A stretch of 64,000 bases of DNA from Thermoflexus hugenholtzii JAD2 (GCA_945865725.1 CAMBEO010000004.1:2016-66015); one strand, 5' to 3'; shown: positions 9,137 through 18,969, counted from the first letter of the stretch. Notes: generated by a model not told the origin, from the letters alone. Made by a program: numbers and translations.

Positions 9137-11764
9137 ATGATCCGCCTCGACGACCTCGTCGACGCGACCGGGGGTCAGGTCCTTGGTCCTCGGCCGTCCG
9201 GCGGGACGTTTCCCGGCTTCGCGCACGACTCGCGGAACGTGCGAGGGGGCGAGGCATTCGTCGCCGTCCGCACCGCCTCGGCCGACGGCCACGACCACGT
9301 GGTCGCGGCCATCGCCGCTGGCGCGTCCGCCGTGGTCGTGGAGCGGCTGCCGGACGGCCTTGACCCCATTACTGCCGGGACCACGACGATCATCGTGCCC
9401 GACGTGCGCGCCGCCTTGCGCGCTTGGGCGGGCATCCACCTCGCCCGCCTTGCACCGCGCGTCGTCGTGGTCACCGGATCGGCGGGCAAGACGACGGCAA
9501 CCGCCGCGATCGCCGCCGTCCTCGGGCGCCTCGCGGGGGACCCGTCGACCGTCTTCGAGAACGGCAACCGGAACGACCTCCTTGGCTTGCCGCTCGCCCT
9601 CGGCGCCCTTGAAGAACGCCATCGCGTCGCCGTCCTCGAGGTGGCGACCGACCATCCGGGCGAGATCGGCGCCCTGTCCGCCATCGCACGCCCCGAGGTC
9701 GCGGTCGTCCTCGGCGTCCTACCCGAGTGCGAACCGTTCGAAGGCACCGGCGCGGCCCATGCCGAGTACCTCGCCGTCGTCACTTCCGCGACGCGTCATC
9801 TTGTGGCGAACCTCGACGACGCGGGACTTGCTGCCGCCATCAGCGATCTCAGCCGCGTGCCGGGACCGCGCGCCGACCGGGGCCAGTGGCCGCGGGTGTT
9901 CTGGACCGGCGTCGCGCCACGTGCCGACGCGCGGGCAACGACGGTCGAGACGCATGCGGGCGGGCTGCACCTCATGATCGAAGTCGGTGGCGAGGCGCAC
10001 CGCGTCGATGTCGGCTTGCACGGCACGCATTGGGTTCCGGCGGTCCTGGCCGCCGTCGGGGTTGCCGTGGCACTCGGCCATCCGCCGGGCGCGGCGATCA
10101 TGGCGCTTGGCGCCGTCAGGCCAGTCAACGGACGGCTGTCGCCGCTGGTCGGCGCAAGTGGTACGTCGCTCCTCGATGACACCTTCTCGGCAACGGTCCC
10201 CTCGACGCTGATGGCCCTCGAGACGCTCTCGACGCGCCCCCGGCCGCGACTGGTCATCCTGGGCGACGTCGAGGGGCATCGCCCGCCCGAACCGCGTGAC
10301 GTCGCCAGGCTTGGGGAACGCCTCGCCGCCGTGGCGGACGCGGTGGTTGCGGTGGGCGATGGGGCCGACGCGATCGCCCGGGCGGCGCGAGCGGCGGGCC
10401 TGCATCCCGAACGGATCTCCGTCGCCCACCGCGCGACCGATGCGGTGGCGCGGGCACTGGCGACGATTGCCGCCGGCGACCCCGAAAGCCCGGTGGCGCG
10501 ATGGACCGTGCTGCTCAAGGGCGGCGCGCGCTCCCGCCTCGAGTCGATCGCCGAGCGCCTCCTCGCCGACCCGGCGGCGTCTCCCGACCTGCTCGTGCGC
10601 CAGGACCCGGGGGCGCGGCGCGTCGTCCATGCCGGGCGCGACCGCCCCGCGTGGTTGGAGATCGACCTTGACGCGATCACCGGCAATCTACGCGGACTTC
10701 TCGCCGCCGTCGCGCCCGCCGAGGTGATGGCCGTCCTGAAGGCGGACGCGTATGGGCACGGCGCCGTGCGCGTCGCGCGAACCGTCCTGCACCATGGCGC
10801 GGTAGCGATCGCGACGGCGGTGCTGTCGGAGGCGGCTGACTTGCGCGCCGCCGGCATCGCGGCGCCGATCCTCGTCCTGGGCCACGTGGCGCCATGGCAG
10901 GCGCGCGAGGCCGCCCGCCTTGGCGTGGCCGCCACCCTCTTCGACGACGAGGCGGCCCGCCACCTCTCCGAGGCCGCCGTCGCCCTCGGGCGCACGATCC
11001 CCGTCCACGTCAAGGTGGATACCGGCCTGCGACGCATCGGCCTGGAACCAGGCGAGGTCGTGCCGTTTGCGCGTCGCGTCGCCGCCCTGCCCGGCCTCGT
11101 AATCGAAGGCCTTTACACCCACCTCGCGACGGCCGACGAGGCGGACGCCACGTTTGCCCACCGGCAACTCGCGCGCTTCATGAGCGTCCTCGCCGAATGG
11201 CAGGCCGCCGGCCTGCGTCGTCCCCGATGGGTGCACGCGGCGAACAGCGCCGCCGCGCTCTCCTTGCCGGACGCCCGCCTCAACCTCGTGCGCCCCGGCA
11301 TTGCCCTCTTCGGGATCGCACCCGGCCCGGAGGTCCCATTGCCCCCGGCGTTCCGCCCGGCCCTCCAACTGAAGACGCGCGTCGCGCAGGTCAAGCAGGT
11401 CGCCACCGGCGAGTCGGTCTCGTACGGGCGGGAGTGGGTCGCGCCGTCCGACGCGATGATCGGCGTCCTGCCGATCGGCTACGGCGATGGCATGCGCCGG
11501 GGCCCCCGGACGTGGGGGGAGGTCCTCGTCCGCGGTCGACGCGCGCCGATCGTGGGCCGTGTCTGCATGGACATGTGCATGATCGACGTGTCCCTCGTCC
11601 CCGCGGTGCGCGCCGGTGACGAGGTGGTCCTGATCGGGCGGCAGGGCGGTGACGCGATCCGCGCCGAGGACGTCGCCGCGCGCGCCGGCACGACCGCCTA
11701 CGAGGTGACGACGCAGATCCTCGCTCGCGTGCCTCGCGAGGTCGTCGTCCCCATCGACACGTAG
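9137..11764 (+). CDS. murF/alr: bifunctional MurF (UDP-MurNAc-tripeptide--D-Ala-D-Ala ligase) / alanine racemase fusion
   Basis: Single 875-aa ORF. The N-terminal ~480 aa are Mur ligase ('FAHDSRNVRGGEAFVA', P-loop 'VVTGSAGKTT'). The C-terminal ~390 aa are alanine racemase ('AWLEIDLDAI', PLP-lysine motif 'AVLKADAYGHG', 'VSYGREW', 'GRVCMDM'). Confidence 0.85.
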   Translation: MIRLDDLVDATGGQVLGPRPSGGTFPGFAHDSRNVRGGEAFVAVRTASADGHDHVVAAIAAGASAVVVERLPDGLDPITAGTTTIIVPDVRAALRAWAGIHLARLAPRVVVVTGSAGKTTATAAIAAVLGRLAGDPSTVFENGNRNDLLGLPLALGALEERHRVAVLEVATDHPGEIGALSAIARPEVAVVLGVLPECEPFEGTGAAHAEYLAVVTSATRHLVANLDDAGLAAAISDLSRVPGPRADRGQWPRVFWTGVAPRADARATTVETHAGGLHLMIEVGGEAHRVDVGLHGTHWVPAVLAAVGVAVALGHPPGAAIMALGAVRPVNGRLSPLVGASGTSLLDDTFSATVPSTLMALETLSTRPRPRLVILGDVEGHRPPEPRDVARLGERLAAVADAVVAVGDGADAIARAARAAGLHPERISVAHRATDAVARALATIAAGDPESPVARWTVLLKGGARSRLESIAERLLADPAASPDLLVRQDPGARRVVHAGRDRPAWLEIDLDAITGNLRGLLAAVAPAEVMAVLKADAYGHGAVRVARTVLHHGAVAIATAVLSEAADLRAAGIAAPILVLGHVAPWQAREAARLGVAATLFDDEAARHLSEAAVALGRTIPVHVKVDTGLRRIGLEPGEVVPFARRVAALPGLVIEGLYTHLATADEADATFAHRQLARFMSVLAEWQAAGLRRPRWVHAANSAAALSLPDARLNLVRPGIALFGIAPGPEVPLPPAFRPALQLKTRVAQVKQVATGESVSYGREWVAPSDAMIGVLPIGYGDGMRRGPRTWGEVLVRGRRAPIVGRVCMDMCMIDVSLVPAVRAGDEVVLIGRQGGDAIRAEDVAARAGTTAYEVTTQILARVPREVVVPIDT

Positions 11765-11813
11765 CCCGACGCGACGACCGCTCCGTTGCCCGATGGGTCG
11801 CGACGGCTGGCCG

Positions 11814-12809
11814 CTAGAAGAAGATCGGGTTCGTCCACGCGCGCCGCTGGTACCAGTCCATGCATGAGACCCGCACGTGGGTTCGCCCGGTCCCCTCGCC
11901 GGCGAACGGACCCTTGCCGTCGCGACGCAGGTCGATCTCGAAGTCGTGCCCCTGGATCACTGGCGGAGGCGCATCGACGGGAACCGCGGACAGGCGGGTT
12001 GCGTCCGGGTGGTACGCCATCGCGGAATGCGCTCCGGGGCCGCTGACGTAGATCGACGCGACCGGCGAGGTTGAGACGTGCACGCGCAAGGTCGCGCCGT
12101 CGTCCGACACGGCTGCCCACGTGTCATGGATCTCCGGGCCAGTCGACGCGTAAAAGCGGCCGGCCCGCAGGGCGGCGACGATCGCTTCGGGTGTGCGTGC
12201 CGGCGCATGCACCATCGTCCACGCGCGACCGCGTTCGATCGAGTGCCAGTGCGTGTCGTCGGTGCCGATTGCCGTCCACGCCCGCCCGCGAAGCAACCCG
12301 TCATCCCATGCGGCGAACGCGTCACCCTTGAGGCTGTCCAGGGTGCTTCCGGCGTTCACCGCCTCGAGGCCATCGATCTCCAGGCCGAGGAGGTCGTCGG
12401 TCGTCAGTCCCGACCAGTGCGGGTGGGCGACGAAGGTCGCGGCGCCGTGCGCGCGAAGCCACGCCGACGAGACCGCTCCGGGCGAATCCTTCCCGGGGAG
12501 GGGCGTGCCCGGCGCCATGCCGATGCCAAGCAGGTGGAACTGCGTGCCGAGCCGCCCTCCGCCCGCCGTCAACTCGACCGACGGGATCAGGACGAGGCCG
12601 TGGCCGTCCACTGTCGCTGGATCGGTGATGACGTCATGGTCGGTGATCGCGAGGAAGTCGTGGCCGAGGGCGGCGTATCCCGCCGCCGCCTCGGACGGCG
12701 ATACCGCGCCGTCGGACTCGGTGGTGTGGCAGTGCAGGTTGCCCTTGAGCCAGATGCCCGGTCCAACGAAGGCAAGCCCGCGGGGCACCGGAAGGGATGA
12801 CGGTTCCAT
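11814..12809 (-). CDS. PHP-domain metal-dependent phosphoesterase
   Basis: 'GNLHCHTTESDG' and 'FLAITDHD' are PHP motifs I/II. A later 'HPHW' is present. Confidence 0.75.
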   Translation of the reverse strand: MEPSSLPVPRGLAFVGPGIWLKGNLHCHTTESDGAVSPSEAAAGYAALGHDFLAITDHDVITDPATVDGHGLVLIPSVELTAGGGRLGTQFHLLGIGMAPGTPLPGKDSPGAVSSAWLRAHGAATFVAHPHWSGLTTDDLLGLEIDGLEAVNAGSTLDSLKGDAFAAWDDGLLRGRAWTAIGTDDTHWHSIERGRAWTMVHAPARTPEAIVAALRAGRFYASTGPEIHDTWAAVSDDGATLRVHVSTSPVASIYVSGPGAHSAMAYHPDATRLSAVPVDAPPPVIQGHDFEIDLRRDGKGPFAGEGTGRTHVRVSCMDWYQRRAWTNPIFF

Positions 12810-12938
12810 CGGGGCGAACCATACCGTCCACGTGCTACCCGAGGTGGGGCGTCTGGACCGTACCTCGCGTCGGCAATCCGGGTCGGGTTATGCTGCCGAC
12901 GCCGCGGCGCCGGCGCCTGCGCGAGGGAAGGACCGCAA

Positions 12939-13985
12939 ATGAAAGCACTGGTCAAGGTCGCGCTTGGCAAAGGAAACCTCGAGTTGCGGGAGTTGCCCGA
13001 CCCGGTCGCCGGACCGGGCGAGGTGGTGATGCGGGTCGCCGCCACGGGCGTCTGCGGTACCGACCTGCACGTCGAGGACGACGAGTACGTCGTCGTGCCG
13101 CCGGTCACCATCGGGCACGAGACTGCCGGACGTGTCGTCGACATTGGCCCGGGCGTGACAGGCGTGGCCATCGGTGACCGCGTCACGGCGATGACGACGA
13201 TCTGGAGTTGCGGCGCCTGCGACTACTGTCGTGACGGCGAACTCAACCTCTGCCCGCATCGGCGTGCCCTCGGGGCACAAGTGGATGGCGCGTTCGCGAC
13301 GTACCTGCGCGTGCCGGCAGCGAAAGCCCTGCTCCTGCCCCCGGGCGTCCCCGACGAGGCCGCCGCGTTGACGGAACCCCTGGCGTGTTGCACCCGCGCG
13401 GTGCTTGAGGTGGCGCGCCTCCAGGCGGTCGCCCCGCGAGATGACGCGCCGGTCGTCGTCTCGGGCCCAGGCCCGATCGGGCTACTGTGCGCGCTGGTCG
13501 CACGCTCCGCCGGCCATCGCGTCGTCATCCTGGGGACCGGCGCCGACGGCGCGCGCTTCGCGATCGCCCGGCGCCTCGGATTCACCGACGTGGTCGACGT
13601 GACCGCGTCCGACCCGGTCGCCGCGATCGCCGCGATGACAGACGGCGCAGGCGTGCCCGTGGTGATCGAGGCGGCGGGGGCGCCGGCCTCGCTTGCGACC
13701 GCCCTCGAACTGGTTCGCCGCCGCGGGACGGTCGTGCAGGTTGGCCTGTACGGCAAGCCGATCCCGGTGCCCGTCGACCGCCTCGTCATCCGCGAGGTGA
13801 CCTTGCGCGGGTCGTTCGCAAGCACGCCGTCGTCGTGGCGGTCGGCGATTGACCTGATGGCGCGCGGCGCCGTCGATCTCATGCCGCTCGTATCGCAAGT
13901 CCTCCCGCTCGAGGACTGGGCGGTTGGCTTCGCTGCCGCGCGTTCAAAGGCGGCGGGCAAGGTCGTGCTGGTGCCGGGGGCGTAG
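12939..13985 (+). CDS. zinc-dependent alcohol/threonine/sorbitol dehydrogenase family (MDR) oxidoreductase
   Basis: GAGGGAAGG RBS upstream. Motifs are 'GVCGTDLH', 'GHETAG', the structural-zinc Cys cluster 'CGACDYCRDGELNLC', and Rossmann 'VSGPGPIG'. Confidence 0.85.
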   Translation: MKALVKVALGKGNLELRELPDPVAGPGEVVMRVAATGVCGTDLHVEDDEYVVVPPVTIGHETAGRVVDIGPGVTGVAIGDRVTAMTTIWSCGACDYCRDGELNLCPHRRALGAQVDGAFATYLRVPAAKALLLPPGVPDEAAALTEPLACCTRAVLEVARLQAVAPRDDAPVVVSGPGPIGLLCALVARSAGHRVVILGTGADGARFAIARRLGFTDVVDVTASDPVAAIAAMTDGAGVPVVIEAAGAPASLATALELVRRRGTVVQVGLYGKPIPVPVDRLVIREVTLRGSFASTPSSWRSAIDLMARGAVDLMPLVSQVLPLEDWAVGFAAARSKAAGKVVLVPGA

Positions 13986-14009
13986 GACGGCAGGGGTAGC
14001 GCCCTGAAC

Positions 14010-14101
14010 GACCCCCTCCCTCAGTCCCTCCCCCGTTGCGGCGGGAGAGGGAAGCGCGACCCCCTCCCTCAGTCCCTCCCCGCTGCGGCGGGAGAGGGAA
14101 G
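14010..14101. repeat. tandem pair of REP-like palindromic units (about 45 bp, 48-bp period)
   Basis: 14010-14054 'GACCCCCTCCCTCAGTCCCTCCCCCGTTGCGGCGGGAGAGGGAAG' is repeated almost identically at 14058-14101. Each unit can pair TCCCTC(C/T)CC with GGGAGAGGGA. The pair sits between convergent stop codons (13985 and 14124). A third unit lies at 32414-32455. Confidence 0.8.
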
Positions 14102-14123
14102 CATCCCTGCCCTCGAGCGCGCC

Positions 14124-17100
14124 CTACTTGAACGGCGTCGCGAGTTCCGCGAGGCGACAAACAGCGTTCGCGAGGCGCACGTCGTCGCCCGTCCGGCACG
14201 ACGCGATGAGCAGGTCCGGGTTGTGCACGAGGACCGCAAGCGCCCGCGCACGGGAGATGGCGACGTTCAGGCGGTCGAGGCCGAACAGGAACTCGATGCC
14301 CCGCGACAAGTCGTCCGCGTCCGACGCCGTCATCGAGTAGAAGACGACGGCCGCCTCCTGCCCCTGGAAGCGATCGACCGTGCCGGCAACGACGCCGGGT
14401 GGCAGCATCTGGTTCAGGAGGTCGACCTGCCGGTTGTATGGCGCGACGACGATCAGGTCGCGCGGCTCGAGGGGGCGGGTGAGGCCGTCCTGGTCGGTCC
14501 ACGGCACGCCGAGCAAGGACGTGCAGGCGGCAGCGACGGCAAGCACCTCCTCGCGCGATTCGACGCGGTTGCCGGCGTGGCGAACGTTGAGGCGACGCAA
14601 CCCGGACCCGACCGGCGCACCACCCGGTTCGCGGGCGCCGATTGACTGCCTCTCGCACGTCTGGTGCGAGACGAGGCGGCTCTCGTACACCTGTTCGGAG
14701 ATGAAGGCGCAAATCTCCGGGTGCATCCGCCACGACACCGGCAGGAAGATGCCACGGTCGTCCGGCACCGTCTCGTAGTCGCCGACCAGGTGTGCCAAGG
14801 CGGAGGCATCGACGCCGTCCGGATGGTCGGCGCGCACCGGTTGGGCGAGTTGGCGGGGGTCGCCGAGCAGGAACACCTGGTGCGCCGACGTGGTTGCGGC
14901 GAGGGCGTTGGCGAGTGACATCTGGCCCGCCTCGTCGATGAACAGGGCGTCGAGGGCGCCGTCGAACCCGGTCGAGGCGAACAACCATGCCGTCCCAGCG
15001 AACAACTGGCACCGGCCCCCCACAAGTGCCTGCCTCGCCTGCGCGCTGTTGCTGGCCAGTTCCACGGCCGCCGACCGGCATCGCTGATCGGGACGCGCCC
15101 GTTGCATCGCCTTGATGGACATCCCGGCCTCAGCCGCCGCGTCCATTGTCGCGTCAAGCAAGTTGCCGATCGCGCGGTGGCTATGCGCGCAGATGCCGAC
15201 GCGCTTGCCGGCGGCAAGCATGTCAAGGATGGCCCAAGCCCCGGCGTGGGTCTTGCCGGTCCCGGGAGGGCCTTGCACTGGCAGGGCCGCCTCATCGAGG
15301 GTCATTGCGAGGCGACGCAAGGCCGCGCCCGCGCCCTCGCCGGGACGCACCAAGGGGTCGCCGGGTCTTCCGCCCGGCGGTCCCGGTGTCTCGCCGAGAA
15401 GCAGGCGCCGCGCCGCGCGATATTTCCCCGGCGACGCGAGCGGGTCGTCCCCGAGGTCATCGACCGATCTGGCAAGGCGCGCGAGGGCCGTGCGCAACGG
15501 CATTGACGCCGCCGTCACGACCGGGATGATCGCGTCGACCTCGGTCGGCAACCAGGCCTTGTACTCCTTGACGTGCAGGTCAATCGTGCCCGCCTGCCCG
15601 TCGATCGCATCCACGACAAGCGTCGGCGTCCCGCCCCACGCGCGACACGCGACCGCGTCTCCTACCGAGATCCGGTACTCCTGTCCGCGGGGGAAGTGGT
15701 AGCGGCGGAGGCCCCGGCGCGACTCGGCCTTGAACTGCAGGCCACCGATCGCCGTCGGGTGCTCGACCAGGTCGACGCCATCAGCCTCCATCGCGCCGAA
15801 GTACTCGGTCCACTGGACGCCGTCTTCGCGCCGGTGCCATCGCAACAGGTCGGCAAGAAGGCGCACTGCCCGTGCCTCGCGTTCACCGTCGTTGCCCCCG
15901 GCGCGGCGACGCGCCTTCTCTTCGTTGAGCATGGACACAATGGCGTCCCGGATGAACGTCTCGTCTTGGCTCGACTTCTCGTCCGTAACCCCCCGCGAGA
16001 CAGGCGCGGCACCCCGCGCCCGCCGTTCGCGCACGAGCCAGTCGCGGACGCGGGCGAGACGTTCGACTGTCGCTCCCATCGTCGCGTCCAGGTCGGCCGA
16101 GGCGCCCGCCTCGCCAGCGACCATGCGGTCGTACGCAAGCAGCGGTGCCTCGGTCGGCAGGCCAGTGATCCCCGCGTAACGGTCGAGGTCGGGTAGCCCG
16201 TCGACCGGGCGGGCCGTGCGGATTGACTCGCGCGCGACCGACCGCAAGTCAATGAACACGCGGGCATCGACGAGGCGCTGCAAGTCGCGTTCGCCAGTGC
16301 CATGTCGCACGGCGGCCGCACGCAGGGCGACGAGGGGAGCCTCGCCCCAGAGGAACACGTGCGGGCGAGGCGACCCGTCGGAGGGCTGTCGGCGGCGAGC
16401 CTCGAGGACTGGCAACAAGGCGCGCACCGTCGCCCGGAGGAGCTCGACTTCGCCGACATCGTCCGAGGCCTGCACGACCGCCTGCACCGTGGAGTCGCGC
16501 CCATCGTTTCGTGTCGCGGCCGCGAAGGTGAAGCGCCGACCATGACGGTACGGATCTTGTTCGACGTGCAGGAACGCGTCGCCGGTATCCGGCTCAGGCA
16601 CGCGCCAGATGCCGCGAGGAGGGTCCGATGCAGGCACGTCGACGATGACCGCACGGTCCCGTCCGTTATCGGTCAAGTCGACGGAGAGCTGCGCCGCCTG
16701 CCGGTGGCGGTCGAGAACTGGTGCCGGGATGGCGACGCGGTCCGCGACGGCCACGCCCTCGCGCGGGTCAATCGCGGCAAGCTCGCGGCGCGTCTCGACC
16801 CCGCCCGCGTGAAGGCGCCTCGCGTGGTCCCGCCGCATGCCCGGCACCGCGGCAAGGTGGTCGTCAGCCACGCGGCGCGCGATGCACGCCTCGGCCCAAG
16901 GGCAGGTGCGGCACGCGGGCACGACCCACGGGTACGGCGTGCCGTCGCGCCCGCGCCCGTCCCCCACCGGCACGAGGGGCGCGGGCGCGCCCGCGCCCGA
17001 CGGCGCCTCGAGGCCGACGGCGTCCCGCACCGTCGCGAGGTAGCGGTCGCGCAGGCGGCGATGGAACGACGCCGCGTGCGAGACGGGCACGGTGACGCGC

Positions 17101-17639
17101 CGGCCATCGCCGAGATCGACGTGCATCGCTGTCGGCGTCATCCCGACCAGGGAGGCCACTTGAGACGTGTATTGCGCGAGTTGGATGACGGCCCCGGCAT
17201 GGACGTGGCCGCGCAACTTGGTGTCGGCGACCTCGTACGAGAAGTCGCCGAGGGCCGAGGGGACGGCGACCCGTTCGAGGATGTCGGCGTAGCCAAGCCA
17301 CTCGCCGTCGAAGAGGACACCCTGCACGATGACGTCGGTCCCCGTGCGCATCAGGGCGAACGTTTGGTCGGCCGCCCCCTCCAAGTCGGCCAGTCCGGTG
17401 GCGCGCGGTGCGCGCGGGACCTCGACGACTTCGCGCCCGGCGGCGCGCACGCGCGCGACCCAATCAGCCTCGAGGGCGTGCCCGCGCACCGCCAGGCGCG
17501 CCAGGACTGGGTCCTCGCGCGTCGGCCGCAGCAGGTGTCCGAGGGCGGCCTCGCGCACCAGGACCGCCCGGTAGGCGCACCCAAGGAACGACGCCAGGTC
17601 GGTGGCCGTGTGGATCAGTCGTCCGTCAAGCAGTTGCAT
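14124..17639 (-). CDS. Cas4/RecB-like PD-(D/E)XK nuclease fused to SF1 (Dna2/Upf1-like) helicase
   Basis: Start taken at ATG 17639 ('MQLLDGRLIHTATDL'), since the upstream 86 codons are low complexity. Nuclease part: 'FLGC' plus 'CRTCPWAEAC' (4 Cys), 'GYADIL', 'EVADTK', 'QLAQY'. Helicase part: Walker A 'GPPGTGKTH', 'FIDEAGQM', 'LLGDPRQL', 'VDRFQGQE', 'RLNVAISRAR'. Confidence 0.8.
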   Translation of the reverse strand: MQLLDGRLIHTATDLASFLGCAYRAVLVREAALGHLLRPTREDPVLARLAVRGHALEADWVARVRAAGREVVEVPRAPRATGLADLEGAADQTFALMRTGTDVIVQGVLFDGEWLGYADILERVAVPSALGDFSYEVADTKLRGHVHAGAVIQLAQYTSQVASLVGMTPTAMHVDLGDGRRVTVPVSHAASFHRRLRDRYLATVRDAVGLEAPSGAGAPAPLVPVGDGRGRDGTPYPWVVPACRTCPWAEACIARRVADDHLAAVPGMRRDHARRLHAGGVETRRELAAIDPREGVAVADRVAIPAPVLDRHRQAAQLSVDLTDNGRDRAVIVDVPASDPPRGIWRVPEPDTGDAFLHVEQDPYRHGRRFTFAAATRNDGRDSTVQAVVQASDDVGEVELLRATVRALLPVLEARRRQPSDGSPRPHVFLWGEAPLVALRAAAVRHGTGERDLQRLVDARVFIDLRSVARESIRTARPVDGLPDLDRYAGITGLPTEAPLLAYDRMVAGEAGASADLDATMGATVERLARVRDWLVRERRARGAAPVSRGVTDEKSSQDETFIRDAIVSMLNEEKARRRAGGNDGEREARAVRLLADLLRWHRREDGVQWTEYFGAMEADGVDLVEHPTAIGGLQFKAESRRGLRRYHFPRGQEYRISVGDAVACRAWGGTPTLVVDAIDGQAGTIDLHVKEYKAWLPTEVDAIIPVVTAASMPLRTALARLARSVDDLGDDPLASPGKYRAARRLLLGETPGPPGGRPGDPLVRPGEGAGAALRRLAMTLDEAALPVQGPPGTGKTHAGAWAILDMLAAGKRVGICAHSHRAIGNLLDATMDAAAEAGMSIKAMQRARPDQRCRSAAVELASNSAQARQALVGGRCQLFAGTAWLFASTGFDGALDALFIDEAGQMSLANALAATTSAHQVFLLGDPRQLAQPVRADHPDGVDASALAHLVGDYETVPDDRGIFLPVSWRMHPEICAFISEQVYESRLVSHQTCERQSIGAREPGGAPVGSGLRRLNVRHAGNRVESREEVLAVAAACTSLLGVPWTDQDGLTRPLEPRDLIVVAPYNRQVDLLNQMLPPGVVAGTVDRFQGQEAAVVFYSMTASDADDLSRGIEFLFGLDRLNVAISRARALAVLVHNPDLLIASCRTGDDVRLANAVCRLAELATPFK

Positions 17640-17763
17640 GCGTTGGCCGCCCCGCTGCGACGCCTCCCGTCTGGTCGGACGGTCGTCGTTCGGGGGTATT
17701 GTGACGCGCGCGGGAACCCGGACCCACTTGGGCGCGCCGCGCGAGGCGAGGAGGGACGGCGAG

Positions 17764-18930
17764 TTGAAGATCCGTGACCTGAAGGTGTTCCCGGTGATGG
17801 TCGGGCGCCGCCACCAGTTGATCGTCAAGGTCGAGACCGACGAGGGGATCCATGGGTGGGGCGAGTCTGGCCTCTCCGGGCGCGAGGCCGCGGTCATGGG
17901 TGCCCTGCGCCACTACCGCGAGCTGCTCATCGGGAAGGACCCGTTCCGCATCGGCGCGACCTGGCAGGACCTCTACCGGAGCCAGTACTTCGAGGGCGGG
18001 CGCGTACTCACCGCCGCGATCTCGGCGATCGACATCGCCCTGCACGACCTCAAGGGCAAGGCCCTCGGCGTCCCCGTCTACGAGTTGTTGGGCGGCAAGC
18101 ACCGCGACTGGGTCCCGCTGTTCGCGACGACCAGTGCGCCGATGGGACCAAAACTCATCGAAGACGCCCAGTTGCTCCTCTCCGAGGGATGGAACGTCAT
18201 CCGCACGTGGATGCACGCGCCACCGGAGACCCGGCCGGATGGCGACCCCGTCTACGAGCCGTGGGAAAGCGTCGGCGAGACCGCCATGTGGCTGAACAAG
18301 TTGCGCGAGGCGGTCGGCCATCGCGCCGTCCTCGGCATCGACTACCACCACCGCCTGTCGGTCGCCGAGGCGGCCTCGTTCTGCCAGAAGCTGGGTCGCG
18401 ACACCCTCGACTTCCTCGAGGAGCCGATCCGGGACGAGACGCCCGAGGCGTACGAGTCGCTGCGCCGGATGACGCACGTGCCGTTCGCGATCGGCGAGGA
18501 GTTCGCCTCGAAGTGGCAGTTCCTGCCCTACATCGAGCGCGGCATCACCCAGTACGCCCGGCTTGACGTGTGCAACGTCGGCGGGTTCACCGAGGCGATG
18601 AAGGTCGCCGGATGGGCGGAGGCGCATTACGTGGACCTGATGCCCCACAACCCCCTCGGCGCGATCTGCTCGGCCGCGACCGCCCACCTGTGCGCCGCCG
18701 TGCCGAACGTGTCGTGGATGGAGATCCGGCAGTCGCCCACGGAGTCGCTGGGCTTTTACGACGAGCGACTGTTTCCGGTGCAACCGCGCCAGGAAGGGTC
18801 GCGCCTCATCGTCCCGGACGTGCCGGGCCTCGGCGTCGAGTTCGACGAGAAGGCGGCGGCGCACGCCGAGTTCCAGCCGCGCGCCAGGCGCCTCCTGCGC
18901 CGGCGCGACGGGTCGGTCACCAACTCCTGA
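17764..18930 (+). CDS. enolase-superfamily dehydratase (mandelate racemase/muconate lactonizing family, D-mannonate/galactonate dehydratase-like)
   Basis: TTG start at 17764 follows GAGGAGGGA; the track ORF start at 17602 would overlap the divergent helicase gene. Motifs are 'KIRDLKVFPV', 'IDIALHDLKGKALGVPVYELLGG', 'DYHHR', 'FLEEP', 'IGEE'. Confidence 0.8.
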   Translation: MKIRDLKVFPVMVGRRHQLIVKVETDEGIHGWGESGLSGREAAVMGALRHYRELLIGKDPFRIGATWQDLYRSQYFEGGRVLTAAISAIDIALHDLKGKALGVPVYELLGGKHRDWVPLFATTSAPMGPKLIEDAQLLLSEGWNVIRTWMHAPPETRPDGDPVYEPWESVGETAMWLNKLREAVGHRAVLGIDYHHRLSVAEAASFCQKLGRDTLDFLEEPIRDETPEAYESLRRMTHVPFAIGEEFASKWQFLPYIERGITQYARLDVCNVGGFTEAMKVAGWAEAHYVDLMPHNPLGAICSAATAHLCAAVPNVSWMEIRQSPTESLGFYDERLFPVQPRQEGSRLIVPDVPGLGVEFDEKAAAHAEFQPRARRLLRRRDGSVTNS

Positions 18931-18969
18931 CGGCACGCGCCGCCCCTCGGGGACAGAAAGGACCGGGCG

